Source: Myxococcota bacterium
GTDB taxonomy: Bacteria > Myxococcota_A > SURF-8 > G963663525
Direction: 5' to 3'
Length of the DNA stretch: 64,000 nucleotides
Assembly (NCBI GenBank): GCA_963676915.2
Contig: CAXXVK010000073.1
Coordinates: forward strand, 8,560 to 72,559
The notes under the pieces are model-generated. The model did not search any database. It worked only from the letters and a program-made list of their open reading frames with translations, and was not told the DNA's origin. The first letter of the stretch is position 1; the number at the start of each line of letters is the position of its first letter. Positions 27,995 through 37,197 of this stretch are shown piece after piece. The translations under genes and the position numbers were made by a program.

Positions 27995-29566
27995 TTACGA
28001 CCTTCCTTTCATCGAACGTCCGCCCACGTTGACCCGCGAGATTCTCAGATGCGGTACGCCGTAGTTTACCGTGACCCTCTGGCCGCCCTTACCGCAGTAC
28101 CCTGAAGCGCTGTCGGGAACCGCCATGTCGTTCCCGATGCGATCCACCCGTGAGAGCGATTCCGGACCGTTGCCGACAATGTTGACATCCTTGATCGGTG
28201 CAGTGATTTTGCCGTTTTCGATCAGATAGCCGTAATTGACGAAGAACGTGTAGTCTCCAGCTCCGATGTTGACCTGTCCGTTGGTGAAATCGATGGCGTA
28301 GATGCCTTTTTCGATCCCTTCGAAGACTTCTTCTTTCGAATGCGGGCCGTTGAGCATCAGGGTGTTGGTCATACGTGGCAGCGGCGGATGTTTGTACGAT
28401 TGACGCTTACCGTTGCCTGTAGGTTCGGTCTTGAAGAATTTTGCCGAAATCCGGTCCTGCATGTAGCCGCGCAACACGCCGTTTTCGATCAGTACGGTAC
28501 GTTTGGAGGGGCTGCCCTCGTCGTCGAAGCTGATCGAGCCGTCCCGGTTGGCCAGCGTACCGTCATCCACAATGGTGCAGATGTCGGAAGCGACTTTTTC
28601 GCCGATGCGGTCAGCGTAGATCGAGACTTTTTTGCGGTTGAAGTCGGCTTCCAAACCGTGACCGATGGCTTCGTGAAGCAGAATGCCGGAATGTCCCGGA
28701 CCCAGCACGACAGGCATTTCTCCGGCGGGAGGTGTGATGGCTTCCATGCTGATTTCAGCCCTTTTGACTGCTTCCTCGGCGATGGATTCAGGCTTGTTCC
28801 CCGCGAAAAATCCCTGGTCGAGCCGTCCGCCTTCGGCGTAGTAGTTGCGCTCCTGCCGCTCTCCCTTTTTCAGGGTGACGAAGCAACCCAGCGAGGTGCG
28901 CGGGCGGGCATCGGTCAGCACCTGTCCATCGGAACGGTAGATCATCACCCGGCGGTATTCGTTGCTGTGCCATGTGAGCGCTACCTGCAGAAGGTCCGAT
29001 TTTTTCCGAGCGGCGGCGTCCATACGTCGCAGGAAATCCATTTTATCCGCTACGGGAAACTCGGTCGGAGCGAATTTTATGGGGTAGCGCGATTCCACTT
29101 TGACGGCTTTGTAATCCGGCAGGGTTCCTTGTGCCTTGCCTCGGGCGATCATCGAGGCAGTCTGCGCGGCGCGCAAAAGAGCCTCTTCGGAAAGATCTTC
29201 CGTGTAGGCGTAACCCGACTGGTCGCCCACAACCACACGAACACCAGCACCAAGCGTTATCGAAGCCGACGCTTCATTGACTTTGCCTTCTTCCAGTCTA
29301 AGGGAGTCGTAGGCCGTGTGTTCCAGGTACAGTTCGGCGAAATCTCCGCCGTGTTGCAGCGCTCGGCCAATCACGTTTTTGGCGTTTTCATCCGAAACGT
29401 TGAAAAACGCCGAGGCATCCGCCAGCGCGTTGATCTGTCCCGGTTGTGTCGCCTGGAGCGTTGTTCCCCGGGGTTTGGCGCATCCCGGCAGGACCGGTGC
29501 CAGGGCGACCAGTCCCGTTCCTACGAGCGCGCCCGAAACGAATTCCCTTCGGGTCATCAAATCCAT
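27995..29566 (-). CDS. tldD: TldD metalloprotease with Tat signal peptide
   Basis: LLHEAIGHGLEAD, PRMTNT, CGKGGQ. N-terminus MDLMTRREFVSGALVGTGLVALAPVLPGC. Confidence 0.9.
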   Translation of the reverse strand: MDLMTRREFVSGALVGTGLVALAPVLPGCAKPRGTTLQATQPGQINALADASAFFNVSDENAKNVIGRALQHGGDFAELYLEHTAYDSLRLEEGKVNEASASITLGAGVRVVVGDQSGYAYTEDLSEEALLRAAQTASMIARGKAQGTLPDYKAVKVESRYPIKFAPTEFPVADKMDFLRRMDAAARKKSDLLQVALTWHSNEYRRVMIYRSDGQVLTDARPRTSLGCFVTLKKGERQERNYYAEGGRLDQGFFAGNKPESIAEEAVKRAEISMEAITPPAGEMPVVLGPGHSGILLHEAIGHGLEADFNRKKVSIYADRIGEKVASDICTIVDDGTLANRDGSISFDDEGSPSKRTVLIENGVLRGYMQDRISAKFFKTEPTGNGKRQSYKHPPLPRMTNTLMLNGPHSKEEVFEGIEKGIYAIDFTNGQVNIGAGDYTFFVNYGYLIENGKITAPIKDVNIVGNGPESLSRVDRIGNDMAVPDSASGYCGKGGQRVTVNYGVPHLRISRVNVGGRSMKGRS

Positions 29567-29760
29567 GGTATCTCCTTCTCGTTTCCTGCAAGAAGTTGGT
29601 AAACGATTCAAACGAAAGCAGTCTCTTCACCGATGCAAGGAGATTCTACTTTCATCATATTGTTTGAAAATATACCTTCCCGAATGCCGGATGACAATGG
29701 CTTCGGAGGACAAAGAATGAAAATTGTCCGAAATGGCAAAAATTGTAGGGAATCGACCGA

Positions 29761-31218
29761 TCAGCCTTCTTGACTTTCCTCTGAGGCAATCGGAGTTTCT
29801 TCCGGGCGGGAGAGAAAATCGACATAAACCCACATGGCCAGCAGAAAAGAAAACACGCGAAAGGTACTTTTTAAATCGTAGCTGATCATGGACACCAAAA
29901 AGTATCCAATGAACAACGGAAACAACAGGGAACCGTTCGAGGTTCTGAATTTTGGGATTTTGCGAAAATACCGTATCAAAAAGAAAAGGATGGCAAATCC
30001 GGCAATCGAAACGGTACCAACAAGACCTGTTTCGGTAAGTAGCTCAAAAAGCAAATTGTGTGCATAGGCACCTTCACCAGGAGCAGAGTAGCCATCGATA
30101 TAGTATCCTCCCAATCCGTGTCCCCAAATGGGTTCTTCTTCTATTCTTCGAACAGCAGCTTCCCAGTTGGTATCTCGATTGACACGGTGGGCGAAAGATT
30201 CCTCTGTGGCGAACATTTTTGTGATGACTTGGTTCTGACTTTTTAATCCTAACCAGACCACGGTTGTTGAAAACAGGGCAAGGATAATAAAAATCAGCAA
30301 GAAAACCCCTTTGTTTTTGTTTTGAAGGAATACCGTACCCAGTAAAACCATAATTGGAATAAGGACAAACTGCCGCTCTCCTACGGAGTTTAAGAACACA
30401 AGGGCAATAAAGGTAAGCAAAACCAAAACGATCAGTTTTCTACGGCTCGTTTTTGCGCTGAAATAGCCAAGTAGCAGGATCATTCCGGTGCTGCACATCA
30501 ATCCGACGGTTTGCAGAGGAGTCAGGATGGTCTTGGCATCTAAATCTGAAAGAAATGTACGCATACCGGCAAGTTCGAAAATGGTCGTGGGTTTATAACC
30601 GGGAATAAGAAAAATCCCACCAGAATACAAAATACTACTCATGATGATGCAAAGAAATCCCAACTGGTAAAAGTCGGAATCGGGGTGAGTAATGAGTACA
30701 TATGTGGAATAAAAGAAAAAGACCAGCATAACGGAAAACATCAGTAGCTTGCTTAGGCTGTACCCTGTTTGAGGGCCGTATAAATAGGAGAAGATCATCA
30801 CCGATTCGACAATGAATGCCCAAACCAATGGCAGGAACCAGCTCCCCTTGATCTCCTTTCGGATTCCTCCATTATTGATCAATAATAAGATACTCAGCCC
30901 CAGAGCGAAGGGGGTTCCAAGACCGACAATACCGAACATATTGAAAAAGAATCCGAAAACCGCCGGACCGAATTGAAGAAGAAAAACCGCAACCGTTACC
31001 TGGTTTACAGCGAAAAGGGCAAAAAAGGAGGCCAGTATAGCCAGTGAAAGACCCAGGTATCCGCCAGGGAACCAGAAGAAATAAACCAACAAGAAAAAAA
31101 TCGAAATGTATGTGGGAAACGCTCGCAGGTGGTCCGTCAACAACGTGGATTCCATTGAGGTCGATGGCGGATTTTGGCTCCATGAAGTTGAAGCAGTTGA
31201 TGTCGATGAAAGGTTCAT
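29761..31218 (-). CDS. O-antigen ligase/polymerase (WaaL/Wzy-like)
   Basis: Many TM helices; R..WEAAVRRIEEEPIWGHGLGGY...YAHNLLFELLTETGLVG. More AT-rich than neighbouring genes. Confidence 0.8.
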   Translation of the reverse strand: MNLSSTSTASTSWSQNPPSTSMESTLLTDHLRAFPTYISIFFLLVYFFWFPGGYLGLSLAILASFFALFAVNQVTVAVFLLQFGPAVFGFFFNMFGIVGLGTPFALGLSILLLINNGGIRKEIKGSWFLPLVWAFIVESVMIFSYLYGPQTGYSLSKLLMFSVMLVFFFYSTYVLITHPDSDFYQLGFLCIIMSSILYSGGIFLIPGYKPTTIFELAGMRTFLSDLDAKTILTPLQTVGLMCSTGMILLLGYFSAKTSRRKLIVLVLLTFIALVFLNSVGERQFVLIPIMVLLGTVFLQNKNKGVFLLIFIILALFSTTVVWLGLKSQNQVITKMFATEESFAHRVNRDTNWEAAVRRIEEEPIWGHGLGGYYIDGYSAPGEGAYAHNLLFELLTETGLVGTVSIAGFAILFFLIRYFRKIPKFRTSNGSLLFPLFIGYFLVSMISYDLKSTFRVFSFLLAMWVYVDFLSRPEETPIASEESQEG

Positions 31219-31261
31219 TCGGTTTTTGCCCAGGCTATTGTTCCGATAAATCAGGAACGTT

Positions 31262-32452
31262 TCATGGTTTCAAAGCGGCTTTCAAAATGGTATCGGCGTT
31301 TTTCTTCCACGTATGTTCCGTGAGGATTTCTTTTTGCAATTGTGCTCCCATTGCTGCACGGGCGTTCTCGTCCTTGGCGAGTTCGATGAGTTTTCGAACC
31401 ATATCGGCGACATTTTTCTTCTCGAAAATCATCCCGTTTTCTCTTTGGCGGAGAACTTCCAGAATCGGATCGTAATCGGGCATGAGCACCGCTTTACCCA
31501 TAGCGCCATATTCGAACAGTTTCATCGGAGAACCGTAATGCAAAACTTCCGGTGAATAGCAGATATCCATAGCTTCCACATGGGTCGGTACGTCCGTCTG
31601 AGGTACACGCCCGGTGAAAGTGAACGAGTCGTCAAGACCTTTTTCGCGAATTGCGGCGGTGAATTTTTTCTTTTCCTCATCGGAGCCGAAGCCGCCTACC
31701 AGCAGAAAATGAGCATTGGGAATTTCCCGCTTGACCTGTTGGCAGACCTCCGGGAAATATTGAAGACCGTGAAACCATTGCATCGTACCGACAAATCCGA
31801 TGACCAACCGGTCATCAATGTTGTACTTTTGACGCATGGCTTGTCGCTGATTATTTTCCCGGAAAAGATCCAGGTCGATTCCGTTGTGAACGACGATGAT
31901 TTTTTCGGGGTCGATGCCGCAGTCTACCAGATAGTTTTTCAGATATCCGCTCACCACCACAACGAGGGTGGCCATACGGGCGATGTCCAGTTGTTTTTTG
32001 ATGTAAAGCCATTCGAAATTGCCGCGTTGGTAGAATCGGCGTTCTTCGAAATTGGCATGCATATGCGTAATGTACGGGATACCGTTTTCCATGGCGAAAC
32101 GGGCGGCGGCATCGTTGAAATGGCAAAAACGTTCCCAGATCAGATCGGGTGGAGAATCGAGGAGAAGAGAACGATAAACGTTGTAATATCGGCGAGTTGA
32201 CCACAAGATGAAAGCATCTTTGGCGTAGTCGGTTGCGATTTTAGGGACGAACTTCTTCAGTTGACTGTATATTTTGTATTGCCAGTTGAACGTGGGAGTC
32301 GTTTTTCCGTCCGAACCTTGAAGGGGCGGATAGCGGACAACCTCGTGACCGAGTTCCTCGAAAGCCTGGCTCATCGAGTCACAGAACACGGAATCGCCGG
32401 AGGCTTTGTTGAAGCCATCGGAAACCGAAACCGCAATGTGAAAGATTTTCAT
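31262..32452 (-). CDS. GT4 glycosyltransferase
   Basis: VVHNGID, IGFVG, FTGRVP, SPMKLFEYGAMG. Confidence 0.85.
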   Translation of the reverse strand: MKIFHIAVSVSDGFNKASGDSVFCDSMSQAFEELGHEVVRYPPLQGSDGKTTPTFNWQYKIYSQLKKFVPKIATDYAKDAFILWSTRRYYNVYRSLLLDSPPDLIWERFCHFNDAAARFAMENGIPYITHMHANFEERRFYQRGNFEWLYIKKQLDIARMATLVVVVSGYLKNYLVDCGIDPEKIIVVHNGIDLDLFRENNQRQAMRQKYNIDDRLVIGFVGTMQWFHGLQYFPEVCQQVKREIPNAHFLLVGGFGSDEEKKKFTAAIREKGLDDSFTFTGRVPQTDVPTHVEAMDICYSPEVLHYGSPMKLFEYGAMGKAVLMPDYDPILEVLRQRENGMIFEKKNVADMVRKLIELAKDENARAAMGAQLQKEILTEHTWKKNADTILKAALKP

Positions 32453-32487
32453 CGAATCGTTCTCCCGTTTTTCCGCCGGTTTGTCGC

Positions 32488-33636
32488 TCAGGAACCGTTT
32501 GCAACCTTCGTGAGTACATCTTGCCAGCGATCACGCCACGTTTTCAGGTTGAAGGCCTGTTTGGCCGTTTCGAACCCGTTTCGAGCCATTCGTTTCCTAA
32601 GGGCCGTATCTTCGATCAGCAACCGGAGTTTTTGTACGAGATCGTTTGCTTCCGGCATGACCAACGAGCCGTTGAAACCATCGATGATCATGTTTGTGAC
32701 ACCACCGATGTTGGTGGCTACGACTGCACAACCTGCTCCCATGGCTTCGGCGACGGAAATCGACGTACCTTCCGATCCAAGCGATGGCACCACGGAAATA
32801 TCGTAGTCCAAATGAACGTCCAGCGTGTCTTTCGGTTCATATTTCGTAACGGTGACGCGAGAGTCGCCTTTGAAAGACTCTCGGATCGTATCTTCCAACG
32901 GTCCTTCCCCTGCGAAAGCGAACTGAATATCTTTGTACTCTTCCAGGAGTTGGCGAGCGGCTTCAATCATCAGTTCGGTACCACGATGTTCGGTGAAACG
33001 CCGAGCGAAGATGATGCGCATCGGGCCTTTCCGTTTGAGTTTTTCGGAAACCTGGCCGTTGGTGGCGATGGAAGGAGTGAAATTGGGAATGACCCAGATA
33101 TGCCCCTCGGGGTCTCCGGTGATGGTCGTTTTGTACCAATTCAGGAAATTGTGATCCACACAGACGCGATTCGGTGCGTTGCGGAAAAACTGTATCTGCC
33201 GTGCGAGAATCCACTTTTTATAAAGAAAATCAATACCTTTGACTCTGAAGAAATCGCGATGGGCGAAAAAACGGACCGGCAAATCAAAACCGATACCGTG
33301 CTGAATGGAAATCGCTCGGGGGTAGTCGGTTTTGGTTCCCCACTGGTCCGCACCGAAAATGATGATGTCTTTGGAAGGGTCGATGCGTTTCATCGCCTCT
33401 TCATACAACCGTTGTTTGAACTGCTTTGATTTCAAACCGGCGATGGGCACGCCTTCGATGGGCAAGCCATCGAGTTCATGTGTAAATGGTTTGCTGGCAC
33501 CTTGGAGGATCAATGGCTCCCAACCCATGTCGCGAATGAGTTCGCCCAATTGCAATACATACGTCTGGACTCCTCCCAGCGTTCGTTGCTCTCCATCGGG
33601 TTCCAAGATCCAGGAATAGGTAATAACGACTTTCAT
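32488..33636 (-). CDS. GT4 glycosyltransferase
   Basis: FARRF...RG, AGEGPL, VVPSLGSEGTSISVAEAMGAG. Confidence 0.85.
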   Translation of the reverse strand: MKVVITYSWILEPDGEQRTLGGVQTYVLQLGELIRDMGWEPLILQGASKPFTHELDGLPIEGVPIAGLKSKQFKQRLYEEAMKRIDPSKDIIIFGADQWGTKTDYPRAISIQHGIGFDLPVRFFAHRDFFRVKGIDFLYKKWILARQIQFFRNAPNRVCVDHNFLNWYKTTITGDPEGHIWVIPNFTPSIATNGQVSEKLKRKGPMRIIFARRFTEHRGTELMIEAARQLLEEYKDIQFAFAGEGPLEDTIRESFKGDSRVTVTKYEPKDTLDVHLDYDISVVPSLGSEGTSISVAEAMGAGCAVVATNIGGVTNMIIDGFNGSLVMPEANDLVQKLRLLIEDTALRKRMARNGFETAKQAFNLKTWRDRWQDVLTKVANGS

Positions 33637-33925
33637 GTTTCGTTCCGGGTTTGAGGTTTCGTGTTCATTATTGGTTGTTAATGGTTCCGTTTTGAATGAC
33701 TTTGATTTGGTAATTTATCTTGAAATTTCAAAAGAATATAGTCAACTTATTGAATTTTCATGAATTTACCACAGCAGATATTACCGTTACATTCAAAAAG
33801 AAACTCCTTTAGCATAGGATTTTTACTTTTCACCAAACAAACAACTTTTCCGACTCGTTCTTAGAAAAGTTGATTCACATCCCCCAAATACTATTCATTA
33901 ACACACTCTATCGAGAATGGAAACG

Positions 33926-35059
33926 TTACAGTCGTTCCTCCAGGATATCCAGAATTCGTTCGTGGGCTTTGCCATCGCCGTAGGGATTGATCGCCCGTGC
34001 CATGGCGTCGTAGGCTTGCGGATCGTCCAGCAGTTTTGCGGTTTCTGTGACGATCGCATCCGGGTCGGTTCCCACGAGCTTCGCGGTTCCGGCCTCAACC
34101 CCTTCTGGACGCTCGGTGGTGTCGCGCATGACGAGTACGGGTTTTCCCAGTGTCGGCGCTTCTTCCTGAATACCTCCCGAATCGGTCAACACGAGGCGGC
34201 AGCGATCCATTAACGTGACAAACGGCAGGTAAGAAAGCGGTTCGATCAGGTGCACGTTGCCGAGGTTCCCGATGCGTCGGAAGACAGGCTCCCTTACGTT
34301 GGGATTCAAGTGCACGGGATAGACGAATTCCGCGTCCGGGTAGCGTTCGGCCAGACGAGCGATGCCGGAGCATAAGTCTTCGAAACCTTTGCCGAAATTC
34401 TCTCGACGATGCGCTGTAACGAGAATCGTTGGTTTTTGGGAAAAATTCGCCACTTGTTCGGTGGAAAGTCCCGGGATTTCGGGAGGATCGCGACGGGTTC
34501 GCTCGACCGCCAGTTGCAGGGCATCGATGACCGTATTGCCGGTGACGAAGACATCCATCTCGGAAATGCCTTCATCCAGCAGGCTTTTTCGAGCCGTATC
34601 GGTTGGCGCGAAGTGCAGATCCGTCAAACGCGAGCAGAGCACGCGGTTGATTTCTTCCGGGAACGGAGAAAAGCGGTTGCCCGTGCGCAGTCCCGCCTCA
34701 ACGTGTCCCACGGGAATCTGATGATAAAAAGCCGCCAGTGCAGCGGAAAAGACGGTGGTGGTGTCGCCCTGGACGAGTACGAGATCGGGATGATCTTCCG
34801 AAAGGTAGTCGTCCAGCGACGTTATGGCTCGGCTGGTCAGTCCGGCTAAGGATTGGTTGGGGCGCATCAGGTCGAGATCCACATCCGGTTCGATGTCGAA
34901 CGCAGCCAATACGTCGTCGAGCATCTGGCGATGCTGCGCCGTGACGCAGATCCGGCAACGAAGCCGATCGCGGTTTTTCATTCCGAGAATCACCGGAGCA
35001 AGTTTGATGGCTTCGGGGCGTGTACCGAAAATGACGCTGACCGTTTTTGTTTCCGCCAC
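33926..35059 (-). CDS. wecB: UDP-GlcNAc 2-epimerase (non-hydrolysing)
   Basis: FGTRPEAIKLAP, TAQHRQML, VQGDT, HVEAGLRT, PFPEE, HRREN, TDSGGIQEEAP, NPYGDG. Confidence 0.95.
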   Translation of the reverse strand: MAETKTVSVIFGTRPEAIKLAPVILGMKNRDRLRCRICVTAQHRQMLDDVLAAFDIEPDVDLDLMRPNQSLAGLTSRAITSLDDYLSEDHPDLVLVQGDTTTVFSAALAAFYHQIPVGHVEAGLRTGNRFSPFPEEINRVLCSRLTDLHFAPTDTARKSLLDEGISEMDVFVTGNTVIDALQLAVERTRRDPPEIPGLSTEQVANFSQKPTILVTAHRRENFGKGFEDLCSGIARLAERYPDAEFVYPVHLNPNVREPVFRRIGNLGNVHLIEPLSYLPFVTLMDRCRLVLTDSGGIQEEAPTLGKPVLVMRDTTERPEGVEAGTAKLVGTDPDAIVTETAKLLDDPQAYDAMARAINPYGDGKAHERILDILEERL

Positions 35060-35273
35060 GTTCGCTTTCCTTTCCTCGTTTTCATCGTGGCCACCGGATC
35101 ATCCCAAAGGAGCCGGGGCGTGGAACTCTTTCGATTTTCCTAGGAAAAACCGAGGGTACGTGTTGATCGTCGGCCTACTCATAGCGTTGGAACGTCGATC
35201 TGTCAACCATTGGACGGTTTCCCAAACCCAACGATTTACCCCACATTCACAAAACAATCACCGAGTCCGGAAA

Positions 35274-36762
35274 TTATGTGCCATAAGGTGTGCAGACGTC
35301 CAGAGAGCGGGCTTTCTGCGTAATCCACCGGTCGAAAATCTGCTGCAACTCCGGGTCATTTTGTGCAAGGCGGTCAAAAAGCAGGTCGAACGAGGCCATG
35401 GCCATTTGACAGCGGCCGTTGGTCGGCATTTGTCCCACGATATCTCCCTGTGTGGAGAAATTGTAGATCGGACAGACGCCGCAATACGGTTTGTAGGCGC
35501 AATCCGAGCAGAGGGGTAAGGCATCCTGGATGCTGGCGGCCAGCAGAGATTTGACCTCCTCGGAGTCGATCATTTCGGGAAGCGTGTTCTCTTTGATATC
35601 GCCGATGCGGAAGATATCGTCCCCCATCCGGGACACCATGCGGCCTTCGTCGCAGGTAAACACTTTTCCATCATAATTGTAGGCAACTTGACCGACCGCC
35701 GCGCCGCAGGGGGAACGAAGTTCCATGTAATTGGGGTCGCGATCGGAAAGAATCCGGGTCAGGTAGATCGCCGCCATGCGCTCGATCATCTGCTGTCCCT
35801 GCCGATTGAGGTCGAGAATGTAGTCCAGACTTTTCTCGTAGAAATCCATAAACTCGTCGGCGGAATAGCCGATTTCATCCCAGGTTTTCTTGACGAAGCC
35901 GAAGGGGTTGAGTGGTCGCAAGTGAACGGACATCAACCCCAGCTTGACGTACTCGTCGATGATCTCTTTCCAAAGCGGCAGGCTTTGGCGGGTGGTCGTC
36001 ATCAGTGCATCGACGTGAAACACGGTCTGATCGAAACCGCGTTTATCGTATTCTTCGTGAAATCGCTCGATCCAGCGCACGGTTTCATCGTAGGAAGAAC
36101 CGCCGGTAAAGGCTCGGTTTTTATCGTGAAGTTCCTTGGGACCGTCCACCGACGTACAGACGTAGATGTTTCGATCCACGAGGTAGGCCAGCTTCTCGTC
36201 GTCCATCAGCGAAAGATTGGATACAAGGGTAAAGGCCAGGTCTTTATCGTATTCCCGGTTCTTTTTCTCGGCATATTCGATGGTTTCGCGCAGCACTTCC
36301 CAGTTGGCCAGCGGTTCGCCACCTTGGAATTCGATATTGATGGCTTCGGAGGTAGTCTCGAAAATCCGATCCACGACCTGACGGGCCGTCTCCGGCGACA
36401 TGTCGTTAGCCGTCGCGACTCATTGCCACGCGGGAAGCATGGCAGTAACGGCAGTTGTAGTTGCAACGCAACGTCAGAATCATGATGTGCAGGTTCGGGC
36501 CGCCGTTGAGAAAATCGTTTCGTGCACGTTGGATGCCCACCGCTCGGTTAAGGAAATCCGGGGAGCGCAGCATTAGTTTTTCTTCCAATTCCTTATATAA
36601 GGGATTGTCAGGTTGGATTTTTCCCTCGACCATCTGAAGAAAATCGGCATAGTCCAAAAGGGTGAAACGCCCATAATCGTTGGTAACCAGCACCCGGTCG
36701 CCACGTCGGCGGAATCGGATGGGGGCAAGAATGGGATCGGCTTGAATCGTTTTAACTGCCAT
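35274..36762 (-). CDS. hxsB: His-Xaa-Ser system radical SAM/SPASM maturase HxsB-like; one-base insertion near 36407
   Basis: GPNLHIMILTLRCNYNCRYCHAS, IEFQGGEPL, ELRSPCGAAVGQVAYNYDGKVFTCDEGRM, C..CAYKPYCGVCP. GGC TAAC GAC ATG restores G-Y-D-M if one A is removed. Confidence 0.85.
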
Positions 36763-36986
36763 TATCGACTCCTGGTAATCGATTCGAACAGAACGTAGTT
36801 GGAAAACTCATCGACGATGCTATCGGCGAATTCGGGGTCGAAATCACTCAACTCAACGTTGAAATGGGTCGGCGTTTCATCCAGTTTTTTTTGACCGATG
36901 AAACCGGCGTATTCCTCAAAAGCCAAATGGATGGCGTCTTCCCGATAAAGCGTTTTTTCGAACGTGATCGTCACGATTTTTTCCAT
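36762..36986 (-). CDS. HxsD-like small protein
   Basis: 74 aa, ITFEKTLYREDAI...IVDEFSNYVL. Its stop overlaps the hxsB start. Confidence 0.7.
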   Translation of the reverse strand: MEKIVTITFEKTLYREDAIHLAFEEYAGFIGQKKLDETPTHFNVELSDFDPEFADSIVDEFSNYVLFESITRSR

Positions 36987-37142
36987 GTCTGATTCCTTCG
37001 GTTACGATTCCGGCGATTCTGCCGGAGTTCTTTGGGTTCCAATTGAGAAATCATGCCCACAGTATCGTTCTCTCCCTTGGGAAACGCAAGCCCTTCCATC
37101 ATAGGAAAAGGATCGAAACCGATTCTTTCGTGAATTTTCACG

Positions 37143-37170
37143 AAAAACCGGCATCCGTGAGGATGCCGGT
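37143..37170 (-). terminator. Intrinsic terminator after the giant lipoprotein gene
   Basis: Minus strand ACCGGCATCC-TCAC-GGATGCCGG-TTTTT. Confidence 0.7.
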
Positions 37171-37197
37171 CGAAGGGTTGCGAATCACGAAAGGGGA

